NCBI GenBank assembly: GCA_012295275.1
Contig: CM022670.1
Coordinates: 28,644,001-28,708,000 of the forward strand
Length of the DNA stretch: 64,000 nt
DNA from: Chrysomallon squamiferum
Taxonomy: Eukaryota; Animalia; Mollusca
Direction of reading: 5' to 3'
The notes under the pieces are model-generated. The model saw only the letters and a list, made by a program, of their open reading frames with translations. It had not been told where the DNA came from and searched no databases. Shown here piece after piece: positions 27,520-40,230 of this stretch. Positions within the stretch are counted from its first letter, which is position 1, and each line of letters begins with the position of its first letter. The translations under genes and the position numbers were made by a program.

Positions 27520-29182
27520 ATGCATTTTGACAATAGTTCTTTTGTCAAAGTTACCGCGGCAGCCATGAAATACAGAAATGATTCTGAAGGTTTTGAAACT
27601 GCGGAGAGATCCCAAGCTGTTTACTCTTCTAACTGGAAAGAAGACATCCTGCTGGAAAAACAATTGCAAGTATTGGATCGGTCACAGAAGGCATTTATAC
27701 ACAGGATAACGGTTGAACAGAAGGTAAGTTATAACACATTTCTCGACATCGTTGTTGCCATGTTATCGATATCGTAGACAGGTACATATGGATATCGTAT
27801 CTGATACTGGTTCTTTTCTTTCTTATTCTTTACAATATAACAATCTATATCGCACTTAATGAGTTTCTAATTCAGTTGAATACTATTTTTAATTATCCAT
27901 ATCTGACATGATAGATAAGTAGCATACTGCTGTGAATTTATTACGGGAATATTAACAACATGGATTTTTTAAATGTTATTTAATTTTTGTTATTTATTTA
28001 CTTATTATCATTATTTGTTTGTTTATATTTTTGTTATTATTATTATTCTTTTTTCTTTCCTGTACTACTCTGTGTACAATTAATTTTGTTACACTATATT
28101 TTTGCTCTTGCTGTTTCTAGATGCTCTACAGGCGTTTTCAAATGAAATTACATCGATCAAGGCTGGCGTATGCCCAAATGAGGGGAAACAAAGAAAAAGT
28201 GAGAGAATTACGAGCTAAACATATGCATGGGCTGAATACTAACTGTGGCAACACTGACGAGGATCTGGAGTTCCTTAAGAAACTTCGACAACGACCTTGT
28301 GTTGAGAGTCACAAAACGAAAACAGCGAGAAGTCGACAGCACAACGATCTATCAGACAAAGATATGGATGTCCTCATCCATGCGGTATTTAACGAACAAA
28401 CCGCCGTGACAAAAAGGTCGCGATCTGTGGATTATCAAACTAAGTCGAGGAATCGTCCAGAAAGTGCTGGGTCTGACCAGAGAAAGTATTTTTCTACTCG
28501 TCCTGCTACGGCTACTGGGTCGCTGGTAGCTGACGAGTATCTCGTCCTTCCAAACATTGAAGGAGAGACGATTGACGACAAAATATACACATACATGGAA
28601 AACATCAGTCTTGAAAACAATACTTCGAAACCATTGACTTCGTCTACGACCCCCGATGAAGAGAGAACAAGAGTCTCCTTTCCCCGCGCCCGGCCTTTTA
28701 CTGCAGCATTTGGTCTTGGAAATGACAAAGAATCGCTGAAGGAAAGAGTTAAAAGTGCCCAGACGAATACAAGAAAAGGTCGAGATGTATTAAAGCAAGG
28801 CTCGTTATTTGAAGACCATTGTAAACCGAACATTGTTGAACAGTGTTTGAACGAAGTCAAATTTGTCAACTACGAAACAAAGGTGAAAGAATTCTGTGAA
28901 TCGCTTGTTCCTTACCGGAACAAGGATTTGAATCGTATTTCTGATTACTACACTTTTAGATCTGAGAATCCACCTGGTGGCAGAAATAATGTTGTATCTC
29001 TGCCTGGAACACCAACAGAGGAAAACGAAAGACATTTGGGAAATACTTCTGTAAAGAGCTTAACAATGCCGTTGGTTAATTTTAATGTGAAGTCAGAATT
29101 CAACGACAAACTACAGTATGTACAGTATTCGAGTGCTGTCGATTTAGATGTAGATTCAGAATCAGAAATTTCAGATAACTGA
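27520..29182 (+). CDS. Uncharacterised 421-aa protein; N-terminal coiled coil resembling CCDC190, low-complexity basic/Ser-Thr-rich remainder
   Basis: Exon 27520-27723 (ATG...CAGAAG|gtaagt, 68 codons) splices in phase 0 to the 353-codon ORF 28121-29182 (ttctag|ATG). 'NWKEDILLEKQLQVLDRSQKAFIHRITVEQKMLYRRFQ' resembles the CCDC190 N-terminal motif from memory, so the family call is tentative. The start could instead be the ATG at 27565. Confidence 0.8.
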
Positions 29183-32100
29183 CTGCTGCTGCTGCTGTTA
29201 CTATTACAAGTATGACCATCACCACTATTACTGCTACTATTAGTACTATTCCTACCACGAATATAGCAACTTTTACTTCTGACAACTTCACTACTACCAT
29301 CACACCATTACCGTCACGTCGACTAGCACCATTATTATTATTTATATTACAAAAGATATATAGCTTGCTGATAATGCTGCTACATTAATCAAGTTATTAT
29401 TATGAAGATGTCAGTGATATTTCACTTCGGTATTTAATTGTTGTTTTTAAATATAATAATAAGTAGTGGATGTTTCTGGATACAAACAAATTATAATATA
29501 TAATGTGCATGTTTTATGTTTTAAATGACATGATTTCATCTTTTAAATTTTAATGTTTAATTCCAGTCTGTTTTCAAAGTTAAAATTATGACAAAACTAA
29601 AGCATTTAATTTTGGCCTCTGTAACTTTTTACAACATATGATCTACAACTGGTTTAAAAATCTTATTGCATAGAGATAAAGTGGACTAATTTTTATTTTT
29701 CCAATCATAACTTGAAGCAAATATTTGCGTTTTGGAGATGACAAGAGGAACAGAAATATGTTTGAATTACAAAACTTATGATTTTAAACTTTTTTCTGAC
29801 AACTTTGTTAACTTTTATTTGGTAATGCTTTTCATGAATCCTAAAAATGCTGTAAAATGTAAATAAAAGTCGCCTGGTTTATTTTCTTAATTTGATACTT
29901 TACATTTCCATTTTATATCATCTACTATTGAATTCTGGAGAGTGAAATATTTGAAAAATATTATCAGAATTTTTTATTTTCATGTTTTCATTATTATTAT
30001 TATTAAAGAGATGATTATTTGATTTTGTTTTTGAGCAGACCATTTTTTAAAGTGAAGTCATTAATTTTTTTTCAACACATCCGAATAATTTAAATATTAT
30101 AATCTGAAGAATATTTATTCCTTCTCTATTTGAATTTTCATGATTTTCAGCTGATCAGTTTATGAAGTGAAGGCATATAGTATATTATGCACTTGGAAAA
30201 AATAAATAATAATAAAATAAATAAATAAATAAATAAATAGACTAAACAGAAATAGTAATAAATTAAAATTTAAAAAAAAAAAAAAAAAAAGGTAATAATA
30301 AAACAAACAAATAAATAATCTGACCTTCAGAAATCAAACAAGATTCTTTCTGATTTCTTTAATTTAACGAATATTCTAGACACTTCAATTATTATACGAC
30401 AAGTTCTTTACTTCAGTATTCAGTCTGCTGAGAAAGTGACTCAGCAACTTCGAGTATTTAAAATAATTATTGAAGGTATTACTGTCAATATAATTTTACC
30501 ACTGTTATTAACAATTCTTAACGTCAGTGAAGAAGTATAATTATTAGTTATGGCCCTACATAAAAGCAATATTCACCTACGTGATCGTTCATTCTCGTGA
30601 TATAATTTAGCAGTTGATATTAATAAAATAATTTGGCTAATGAAATGGAAAGACAGGTGAAGAAACGTAACCATGTGAAGCAATTTTACTTCACCATTAT
30701 GAACGTTAGATCGACTGATGGGTTTCTGATGTTCATAGAAATGGCATAAACACAGCCGTTTCAAAATGAAACAGAAAACGACGTGTTATTTCGGATGGGT
30801 TTGATGATGGTGGCAACATTCTGATATTAAGTACTGTTGGACGGACTTTTCAACTGAGAATCCCGAAGCCCAGAGAAAAATATTAATTCCCCCATAAAGT
30901 TAAAAATAATTAACAAAATCTTATACAGTTAAACATGGTAGTAATACAATAAAATGAAGTCTCATTATTCATTAAGCGGGCTAATACTGACACAGACAAC
31001 TAAATTGTGATTCGCGTCATATCTGAATTTATATAACTAATAATAATAAATACAACATTGCTAAAACTGGTAATTTATAAAATTTATAAACTTTTACATA
31101 AATAAAACATTGCAAAGTAATGTAAATTTTTTATGGAATTTTAAGAAATAATTTTCAAAATAATGAAACTGAAAACAATTTTTTTATTACTTTGGAATGA
31201 TATTTAATAGTTGTTAAAAAGATCAGTATACATGAGAATATTAAAACTACAAAACCTTTTACAAATATGACATATTTAATTTACCAGTCAAAATGTCTGC
31301 TATTTTTTCTTTGGAAATGTTATAGAAAAGTTGTCTGAGGATACCACAAATTTGTCTGATACTGGATAAAAGCTTTAAAAAGGAAACAAACAGATGAAAA
31401 TATATTCTCTATTTATTACTTTGTATTAATATTTTAACAATTCAGTGAAATAAAAACTATGAGAAAAGTTCAAATAATGATGATCCTAAGTTTTGTCCTG
31501 AAGACAAGGAACGTTTTGATTGGTTATAACCGAAAAAAAATTCAAAATAATAGCAGAACTTGGAATACCATTATCCACTGTAGATTACCAAGTGTTCATT
31601 TTTTTTCATTGAATCATTATTCTGTTAAAGATCAGAAACAAACATTTAAAAAAATATGATCAAGTTACATGTCTACATCTAGTATTGTAAATAATTTCTC
31701 TTTTGATTTATTCTGCAATGACTAGAAACCAATCTGAGGGCAGTGTCCTAGATATCTGGAATCAGACTGTGCACCTCTAAAAATACATTAGTAGTTTACA
31801 AATAATCCAACATTTCCTAATGAATAAGATGGGAAGGATAAAGAGTTTATTCAAGAATCCAATCAACATATTTAATCAATAAACAAACAAAAATAATGAT
31901 AGGTAATATATTGCTATCATGCTAGAGTTTACACTTTCTAGATTACCAGCGAAGATTCTTTTTCACTGACTTCACATAAACAGTATAATTAATATACAGC
32001 AATGGATGCAACAGGAAATTACAACTAGGGGGCTGTGATGAGGGCTGATCCTGCAAAATCTCATGTCTCAGGCCATCATCAACTACAGACTGTTTCAAAT

Positions 32101-32495
32101 CATTAGATATAATAGAGAGGTTTACCAGATCTTTAATCTTAAATAGTTTCTTTATTTCTAAAATTTATTCAAAGACTAAAGTACTCTGTTCTTCTGCTTG
32201 GCTGTGTGTTAAAGAGAATGTAAAGTTGTTTATTTGACAACATACATGTAGTTTATTAAATAAAATTCCTAATTCAGGAATTTCTGAACACTGAGTATTA
32301 TGAACATAGCAGGAATGATATATTCTTCACAAATTTTGTATCCTTTTGACATACAGTGTAAAACCAGAGATATTTCTCCAACTGCTTAAAAACATTCTAT
32401 AAAAAACTAAAAAATTTTCCATTAATAATAATAATAATGATAGAAAACAAAAAAACCCATTTATTTCTTCATTATTAAATGTATTTTAATTGGCA

Positions 32496-32550
<55 letters not shown>

Positions 32551-33115
32551 TAAAAAATACTTTAATGAACATACATGAAAAATGCCAGCAAACTTTCTCA
32601 CATTCATAGGAAGTGGACTAGCTTTAATACTGACAAAATTCTAATAACTTTCTCAGTTTACTGCTAATACTTCTAATGAAAAAATATTAGACAATATTTA
32701 TAAAACAGCTGTCTGTACCTATTGTCATTTCACTGATTTAACTTTCTCATAATGTTGTAATAATTAAATCTGGAATAGTTTGGTAAAAATATCAAAAATG
32801 TTTGCAAACCAAAAATCAAACATCCTGTCCTAAATATTGTTTCAAAAAATTTAAATAAAAAACATACATTAAAAAAACCAAACAGATCTTTCAAGCAATA
32901 ATTTTAGAAAAGGAACCAAAACATTTATATAAGCAATAACAGCAATAATCAAAAACTCACTGACAACTTTATAAATGTTGCCATTACCATATAAAATATA
33001 TAAAATGTTTATGCTGAAAATGCAATAAGTATATATTTTCAAAAAGATCGACACGTTTGTTAATATAATATTTCTGTATTGAATAAAATCATGAAATTTT
33101 AATATTCAATTTTTA

Positions 33116-36100
33116 TCAAGACTGTGAATTGAGTTCTTCAGATATAGAATGGACAGCATCTATAAAAATACCAACGTTATCAGGAGGTGTGTCTTTCATG
33201 ACACCGTGACCCAAGTTGGCGATGTATCTCTGTGTGCCAAACTTCTGAAGCATTTCTCTCACATTCTTACGAATCTCATCCTGAAAGAAATGAAATAAAA
33301 TAACACAGTAAAGATATTGAATGAAGTACAGTCTTAGAATTCTTGATTTTTAACTAAAGTATAATAAATTAAATTAAAAAAATAAAAAAATAAAAAAATA
33401 AAAAAAATAAAATCATTGAAAATTTAACGACACCCCAGCACAAAAAATATATTGGCTATTGGGCATCAAAGTTAAATATACCAAAATGGTGAATATTTTC
33501 TATATAAAAATTCAAAATCAAAATTAGTCAAAACACAGTGTAAAGAGCTGTTCAAAAGATATCACAGTTTATTTAAATTAAAATTTATGGTAAAATTCTG
33601 TAACTCTAAGAAATTGTGTCAGTAGAACAAACAACAACAGAAATACAATAACAAACAAGAAGACAATACAACTTGATATGGGAAATTTCAAATTATTCAA
33701 TTGTGATTAAAAAGGTGGTTCATTCAAAGTATAAATAATAAATCATATCTTAATTTTTGGATATGAAAGTCAATAGTAGAAATATTTTATTATTATTATT
33801 ATTTTTTTAATTAACACACACAGTGACATACACATAATTATATACAGATTATTTACCTCTTTTGTAAATAAGATGACAGGATCAAGGTTTCCCTGCAGTG
33901 TAACTGATGTACCCACTAAGCTTCTGAAATTAATACATTTGGCACATAAAGATGTGCAAGAGGAAGTAACATGATACATTTGATACACTGTATAATCTAA
34001 AGAGATATGGATACAAAAGAATTTAAAAAATAATAATTTTGAATCTTATTTACATAAAATGTAACTTTTCTAAATCTGAAAACATGCACACACATACATA
34101 CACACACTTAGAAAGATCTGTACTGACACATACACAGCCAGATGTCTTCAGTAACATCGACCTTCACACACCACCCATCCACACAGACACTCATTACCTG
34201 TAGTGTACTGGTGGCATTGTCCAGTCTAGACTGACAACATCAAAGCCAATAGTTGATAACTGTTCTACAGCAAAATGTGCATCTTTTGCAAACACAACCT
34301 GACAAAAACAAACAATTACTTAGATTAATTTACAAAAGAATACAAGATGGCATGTAGACACTTACTTTAAACCAGGAATTCAGTAATACTTCTAAATTTA
34401 AAGCACAGCAAGTGATACATTTTTGTTTCTTTCATTTTATTTCCTATTTAACTGTTTCATTTCTACTTTTAACAACTGTGGTTCCAGTCACTGTAGACTA
34501 ATGCAAATTGATAATACATTCTGTCTAAATGATAATATAATATACAGTTAAGTACATCACTTTTACAACTACATTGAGAAAAATGGATTGAGAGAGAATA
34601 ATTCTAAATGTTCACTAATACTATTATTATTTGAACTGCAACATAATTGTAGGAATAAAGTTATATGTTTACATTCAGGCATTTTTTCTGAGTCCATCAT
34701 GGATGGGAGAAAATTATCAATGATCTAGCACATGTATTAGGTCCCAATTAGTGATCATCAATTAGAACTGTTCTGAAAAAGTATGTAAAAAACACTAACC
34801 ATAGGAACAGGACTAATCCCCAGACTGGTCAGCTTCTCTTTGACTTTGTAAGAGATTTCTCTCAAACATGGCAGTTCATATTTCGTAAACAGATTGGGAC
34901 CCAGCTCACCAGCAAGCGAGTCAAACACCTGAACTATCTGAAAACAACAATACATAGTCATTTATGAGTTTAACTTGGATATAAATAAATTTTAAAAAAT
35001 CCTCTAAAAGTTAAGGAAATAATACGAAGCAAAAAAATTAGTTAAAAGATAAACAGTTAGATAATATTTTTCTGTCTCAACAATGGTATCATTGAGGAAA
35101 AACTACTAATTGTATTAATGCCATGCACATCAATTAAAAAAAAAAAGATGTTTCTTTTAAATACAAAACAGTGACATCTCAATATTTTTACCTGTGATAA
35201 ATTAAATGTGAAATACTGAAGTTAATAAAAATATAAAAATATAAATGACTGAGTATAGAAATACAGATTTACAAAACAATAAAAATGAAATATTCAGAAA
35301 TATTCAGATTTACCTTACACTTTAAATATCGTTTACCTGAGCTCCTGCTTTTATTTGTTCCACTAAATGTCTTATAACAGCTTCTGTGATTATTTTCAAC
35401 AGTTTCTCACCAGACTCTGGAAACTCAACTAAAAATCGTCTTGTTTTGTTAGGATTTGGACCAGCTCCTAGATTTTCAATCATATATTTCATTAATGTCC
35501 ACTGGAAAAAAAAGTTTTTTAAATTATCAATCAATAAGCAGCAAATTAATGGTTAAAATGCAGTACTGTCTTAATTGCATTATATTAGCTTGGACTGGTC
35601 AAGTCAAATCATCCTGAAGTAATGCATATGAGATGAAATATGTAAAAAAACAGTGGCTATGGTAAGTATGTTATTATGATTTGTGTGTCTTTATTGAAGG
35701 TATGGGGACTTTTGGTTAATGGCAACACAGAAATTGCTTCTGTTGAAATGTTATACAGATAAAGACAGTTTAGCAGTTTGCTTAGCCCACATTTTCTCCT
35801 GTTTAGTCTCAATTTTGAAGGGAAGCTTTACTGTGACTAGGAATTTTTTTTAAATAAAAGAAATAAAAAAAGACATTCTGATTTAAACAAAAATTGTTCT
35901 TTTAATTCTTGACAATAAAACATTAATTGTAACAATTTCTTGTTGTTTTATATACAGAGAAGGTACAAAAGATTAAACTATAAAAAAATAAGAAGTCACA
36001 GAAGTAATGATGAAAAAAGTAATTTTCAGGGATGAATCACAAATATGAGAGGAACAAATTAATAATAAAAAGGTATCTTAATTTCTTAACTCATAATCAT

Positions 36101-39100
36101 AATAATTTCTGGGGAACAACACTATAGGTAACTGGTCTGCTCTTATGATTTGACAGAATCATAGGTATTTTTAAAATGTACTTTCTTGTTAAACTTCTTT
36201 ATTAATTATGACTGGATGGCAAAAAAACCACCAAATAAATTATAAAGAATATAATGATACCATATGAATGAACTTTAAATTGTAATTTTTCAATATATTA
36301 CTTACAGGTGCACCACTGAAACCAAACAGTGGAACCTGTCCATTCAAAGCTTTTCTTGTCAATGTAATAGCTTCATAGACATAGCCAAGTGTCTTCTGAA
36401 TATCAAAATCAGGATTTAGACGATCCATATCTTCTGGCGACTGAATTGGTTTCTCAAATACTGGACCCTTTCAAAAATAATATTTACAATGACTACAAAA
36501 TATTTTCAAATAGGAGATTATTTTTAGTTAAATAATTCAAGAAAAATTTAGTATCAAGGTTGACAGCATTTGTTAATATCTGAAAACTGGAAAAGTTTTT
36601 ATTTCACAGATATTTTACTATTTTTTTATTTATAAATAACATATTTTAAATATATTATTATGAAAAGGAATGATAATCATAATGTGAAAAACATTTTTAA
36701 ATGGCAGTCTTGTTTTCTGTGATACTTATTAATCCTTGTGGTATTTTAATCTGAAACACAAAATAAAAATATAAACTAAAACACAATTGTTCCTACCGAT
36801 CCTGGGTCATTAGCAGTTGCCATGCCAAGAGCAATAGGAATCACAAGAATGTCAGAAAAGATAATGGCAGCATCAACAGCAAATCTTTTAACTGGCTGAA
36901 ATTAAATTTAAAAACAAAGTAGGACATATTTTAAAACAATCAGAAAGTCCTTGGTCAGTTTAAAACTGAATAATCATGGTTATTACTTAAAAACAGTTAT
37001 AGTGTTAACAGAAGGAATTCAAAAATTGCAGACACATTTTAAAACAATAAAAAATACCATCATAAATCTTGTAATATCTGGCAGGTGCTAAATGTTTAGT
37101 TATTAAGTTAATCAATAAAAGAATATCACCTGTATAGTCAATTCACAAACAAGTTCAGGATTGCGACAAGTTTCAAAAAAACCTCTGTCACCTTTTGCTT
37201 GACCATATTCTGAAAAATGTATAAAATCATTTAAAATTTAACTTTGGGGATATGAATATATAGTCTAAATATATGTGAAGTTAGGCTTTAGTTGGTGTAC
37301 ATTCTTGATTAATAATACAAAGAGCAAAATTAAACCATTTAAGGATGGTTGGGGTATCAAATGTATTGTTAACTATGCACTGTGTTCATATTAATGATGA
37401 ACAGATCTTACAAAACAATAAAATAAAAACTTGAGAGTATAAAGAATATATTTTTAAATACTTTTATGTACAATTTATGAACAGATCAAATTTATATATA
37501 CATATTTTTTAAAATTGGTATATACTATATCTTTGAAAAAAACCCACAATCTGTTTATCAGTTATTCTATAAAATATGATAATATCATTAAGAAAATTTA
37601 TTATATTTACTTCCCAGTAACATTAACAGGAAAGAATTACCATGACTTTCAGTAAATTTAGTCAATGATGATGTTTGATGCTGGTATCCTTTATATTTCA
37701 GAATTTTTTTTTGTTGTTATTTAGCTATAACAAAAATTATTATTTATTATTTAATTTCTGGCTTTAATGAGGTTTACCTGGCAGATATCTTCCTGCTTGC
37801 CTCATGAGCCACACTGGCACACGTTCTGTCTGTTCTCCTTTAGCTGCTCGTAGGAGGAGGTCATTTTGAAGAGCAGGAAAATCCTATAAAAAAAATTAAC
37901 ATATTATTATGTTTGAAACAAATGAATAACACAAAGGCACTCCTCATTTAATGGCCAAGTTCTGTTGCTACAGCAAGATTGTTAAGTTAATTGGTCAATA
38001 AGTGATACACCACTTATTTCAAGCATACTCATTTACTGTACTGGTAGTGGATATAGTTTTAATTACACCTTTACACCATTTATAACATCATTATTTTACT
38101 ACTGGTTTGGATATTGTAAATACCGGTAATAGTTTTTATTTATTCTGAATAAAGAAAAGGTTTAAAAGAAACTCCAACTTCATAACTTTTTAGTTTGCAC
38201 AACTCTTATGTATTACAGAACATAAAAATACCAAATAAAGTCCCGTTTCATCCACAATGAAGATCTGTTCTGCATTGTTAGTGTCTTTCTCGATAATCTC
38301 ATCAAATGGGTCTTCAGCATTTTCTATTACCACTAAAAACCCACTTTCTGCGAAATTCCAATTACACAGGTTGAATCTCCGACGAAACCGTTGAAACCAT
38401 CCATTGCTTGCTGTGAATGTTTCTGTTGATTCTTTACCTTTGCTTGCCTTCAAAGTCTCAAATATACTGCGTGCCTTGGCTTGAATTATTAAAAGGCTCA
38501 CTGGCATTCCCTTTTGTATCTGCTCAACAAACCATATAACCAGTAATTTCTCCATTTCATGAATGAGACCTTTCCGCTGCCTAGTTATTACAGCATTAAA
38601 TCCTGTTGATCCTTTCGCTGCCTCTTTCACTCTATCTTTATCCTTCAGTATCGTTGAAATGGTCGAAGATGCCAACTTCAAGTCACGTGCTATTGCTTTA
38701 ACTTTCTTACCAGCTTCATGGTCATTTATGACCTTCATTTTCATTTCAAGATCAATAGCCTTTCTTTGTTTCTTGACACTTCTTCCAGGTGAATTCATGC
38801 TCTTCCTTTTTGCTGACATCTTGAACCATGAAGTACAACTGAATAGATGAAATATGTAGCCTTGGAGATTGCAAACACTAGTGTAGTGGATATGACTGAT
38901 TGCAGAAATGAGACTGAGAAAGGGGAATGTGATTGAGAGATGAGATACTTGTCACTGAAATTCCACACAGCTTCTTCAACGACTTAATTGTCACAAAGCA
39001 TACAAAACTGACTTGTCAGAGCTGATTGTTAAACAGGGAAGTCATTAAATGAGGAGTGTTGATAATATTGATATGTGAGTTTTTAAACATATAAAGATTA

Positions 39101-39733
39101 TATATTCAGATAAGTTGCATATCAGTCTCAGATAAGAGTTGTGGTTTCCTGAAAGCAACAGCAGACTTATTGTCCATCTGATCACATCAAAACAATGGTG
39201 AATAACGCAATTATCTTCAATTTAATTTTTAATATTTTCATATACTATTATGTTCAATTTTAAAGAGTTTATTGCAGCGTTAACTTTACTACTAGTATTA
39301 CTATTAGTACTATTACAGAAACACTTCAAAAAGTGATTATTAATTACAAACATTTATTCATTATTTCGTATAAAAGTTATATTTGTGTTAATATGTCAAG
39401 GGAAGTCATAACCATGGATAAATGTCACAGAAAGTTACTCCGTACAGTTATTTAACTGTTCATCCGCAAAGTATTTCAATCCAGACACCGACACCGGCAA
39501 TCTCTGCCGAGTTGAGTCTTTTTGACCCGCTTTCTATCCAATCCATCATTTGACATAATGATAATGGTAATAAGGATTGTTTCATTTGTTGAATGCGACA
39601 CTTATTTATTTCAGTGAAATATAATGTTATAAATAAGTATCAAAGCAGTATAACATTGCATCTAACATTAAACTTGTCAAAATGAGTAGAAATTTACCGC
39701 TGCACGTGGGAACGTAGCCGTGGATGTCGTCAT
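33116..39733 (-). CDS. UROD: Uroporphyrinogen decarboxylase, 10 exons, 372 aa
   Basis: Exons (minus) 39733-39698, 37883-37778, 37209-37130, 36895-36797, 36467-36306, 35501-35337, 34937-34800, 34298-34198, 33923-33857, 33280-33116 (1119 nt, in frame). Signature motifs: [67 protein letters not shown]. Confidence 0.97.
33423..33720. repeat. Probable interspersed repeat remnant in the last UROD intron
   Basis: TTTAACGACACCCCAGCACAAAAAATATATTGGCTATTGGGCATCAAA has weak hairpin potential and recalls a common gastropod repeat. This is recollection only and unverified. Confidence 0.35.
37934..39062 (-). mobile_element. Internally deleted Tigger/pogo (Tc1-mariner) DNA transposon in UROD intron 1
   Basis: A 16-bp perfect inverted repeat, CACTCCTCATTTAATG (37938-37953) and CATTAAATGAGGAGTG (39043-39058), flanks a Tigger-type ORF. 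At about 1.1 kb it is too short for a full transposase. Outer termini are eroded, so the boundaries are approximate. Confidence 0.85.
38190..38819 (-). CDS. Tigger transposase-derived / CENP-B-type DNA-binding protein (HTH_psq + HTH_Tnp_Tc5), DDE domain truncated, 209 aa
   Basis: Uninterrupted ORF with typical Tigger motifs: [16 protein letters not shown]...[19 protein letters not shown]; [10 protein letters not shown]...[17 protein letters not shown]...[15 protein letters not shown]; [11 protein letters not shown], followed shortly by a stop. Confidence 0.75.
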   Translation of the reverse strand: MSAKRKSMNSPGRSVKKQRKAIDLEMKMKVINDHEAGKKVKAIARDLKLASSTISTILKDKDRVKEAAKGSTGFNAVITRQRKGLIHEMEKLLVIWFVEQIQKGMPVSLLIIQAKARSIFETLKASKGKESTETFTASNGWFQRFRRRFNLCNWNFAESGFLVVIENAEDPFDEIIEKDTNNAEQIFIVDETGLYLVFLCSVIHKSCAN

Positions 39734-40230
39734 TCTTCAAATTCTGTATTTTCCTCCATTTTGTTTTAGTGATCCCATAATCTTAATACTGTGTCTGCTT
39801 GATGCAGCCTTAATTCCGGTGTCATTATTATACTTACATATACTAGTAAAGTATAAACAGAAATTATTCGTAAAATGATAAATGTTTTGATGCAACTTAA
39901 CTATAATAATGTTATAACTGTAATGTCCAAACATACGAATGTGCGTATGCATGTTTGTTTTGGAGGAAATCCTTCTTAAATATTTTTCTTAAAGATTACT
40001 GGATATTTAATTATAATTTTTTTTTTTTTTTTTTTAGTGTAAACTTTTCTTTAAATTATGAAACAACCAGAATACAGTTATCATTGAATCTCGGAATTTA
40101 TTGGTAGAAAATCTTATAAAGAAGAAAGGAAGAAGCAGCCGAAATGTTTTTTATTTAGATTTTGTTTTGTGGTATATTTTAATATAAAAAAAAAAAGCTT
40201 TGATTTCTTAAATAATCTGTAAGGTAAAGC
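39734..40230. promoter_or_regulatory. Putative bidirectional promoter region shared by UROD (-) and RMC1 (+)
   Basis: The two ATGs diverge about 1.4 kb apart. The RMC1 ATG exon is preceded by an acceptor (TTTTCCAG, 41136), which implies an upstream non-coding exon; a candidate donor AAG|GTAAAG lies near 40223. Confidence 0.5.

Noticed and set aside
28435-29035. Antisense ORFs of 144 and 76 aa (also 38563-38850 and 27442-27669)
   Set aside because: Shadows on the opposite strand of real coding sequence.
31732-31753. IRE-like hairpin ATCTGAGGGCAGTGTCCTAGAT near a heme-pathway gene
   Set aside because: It is antisense to UROD, the bulge is G rather than C, and the upper stem is shorter than the canonical 5 bp.
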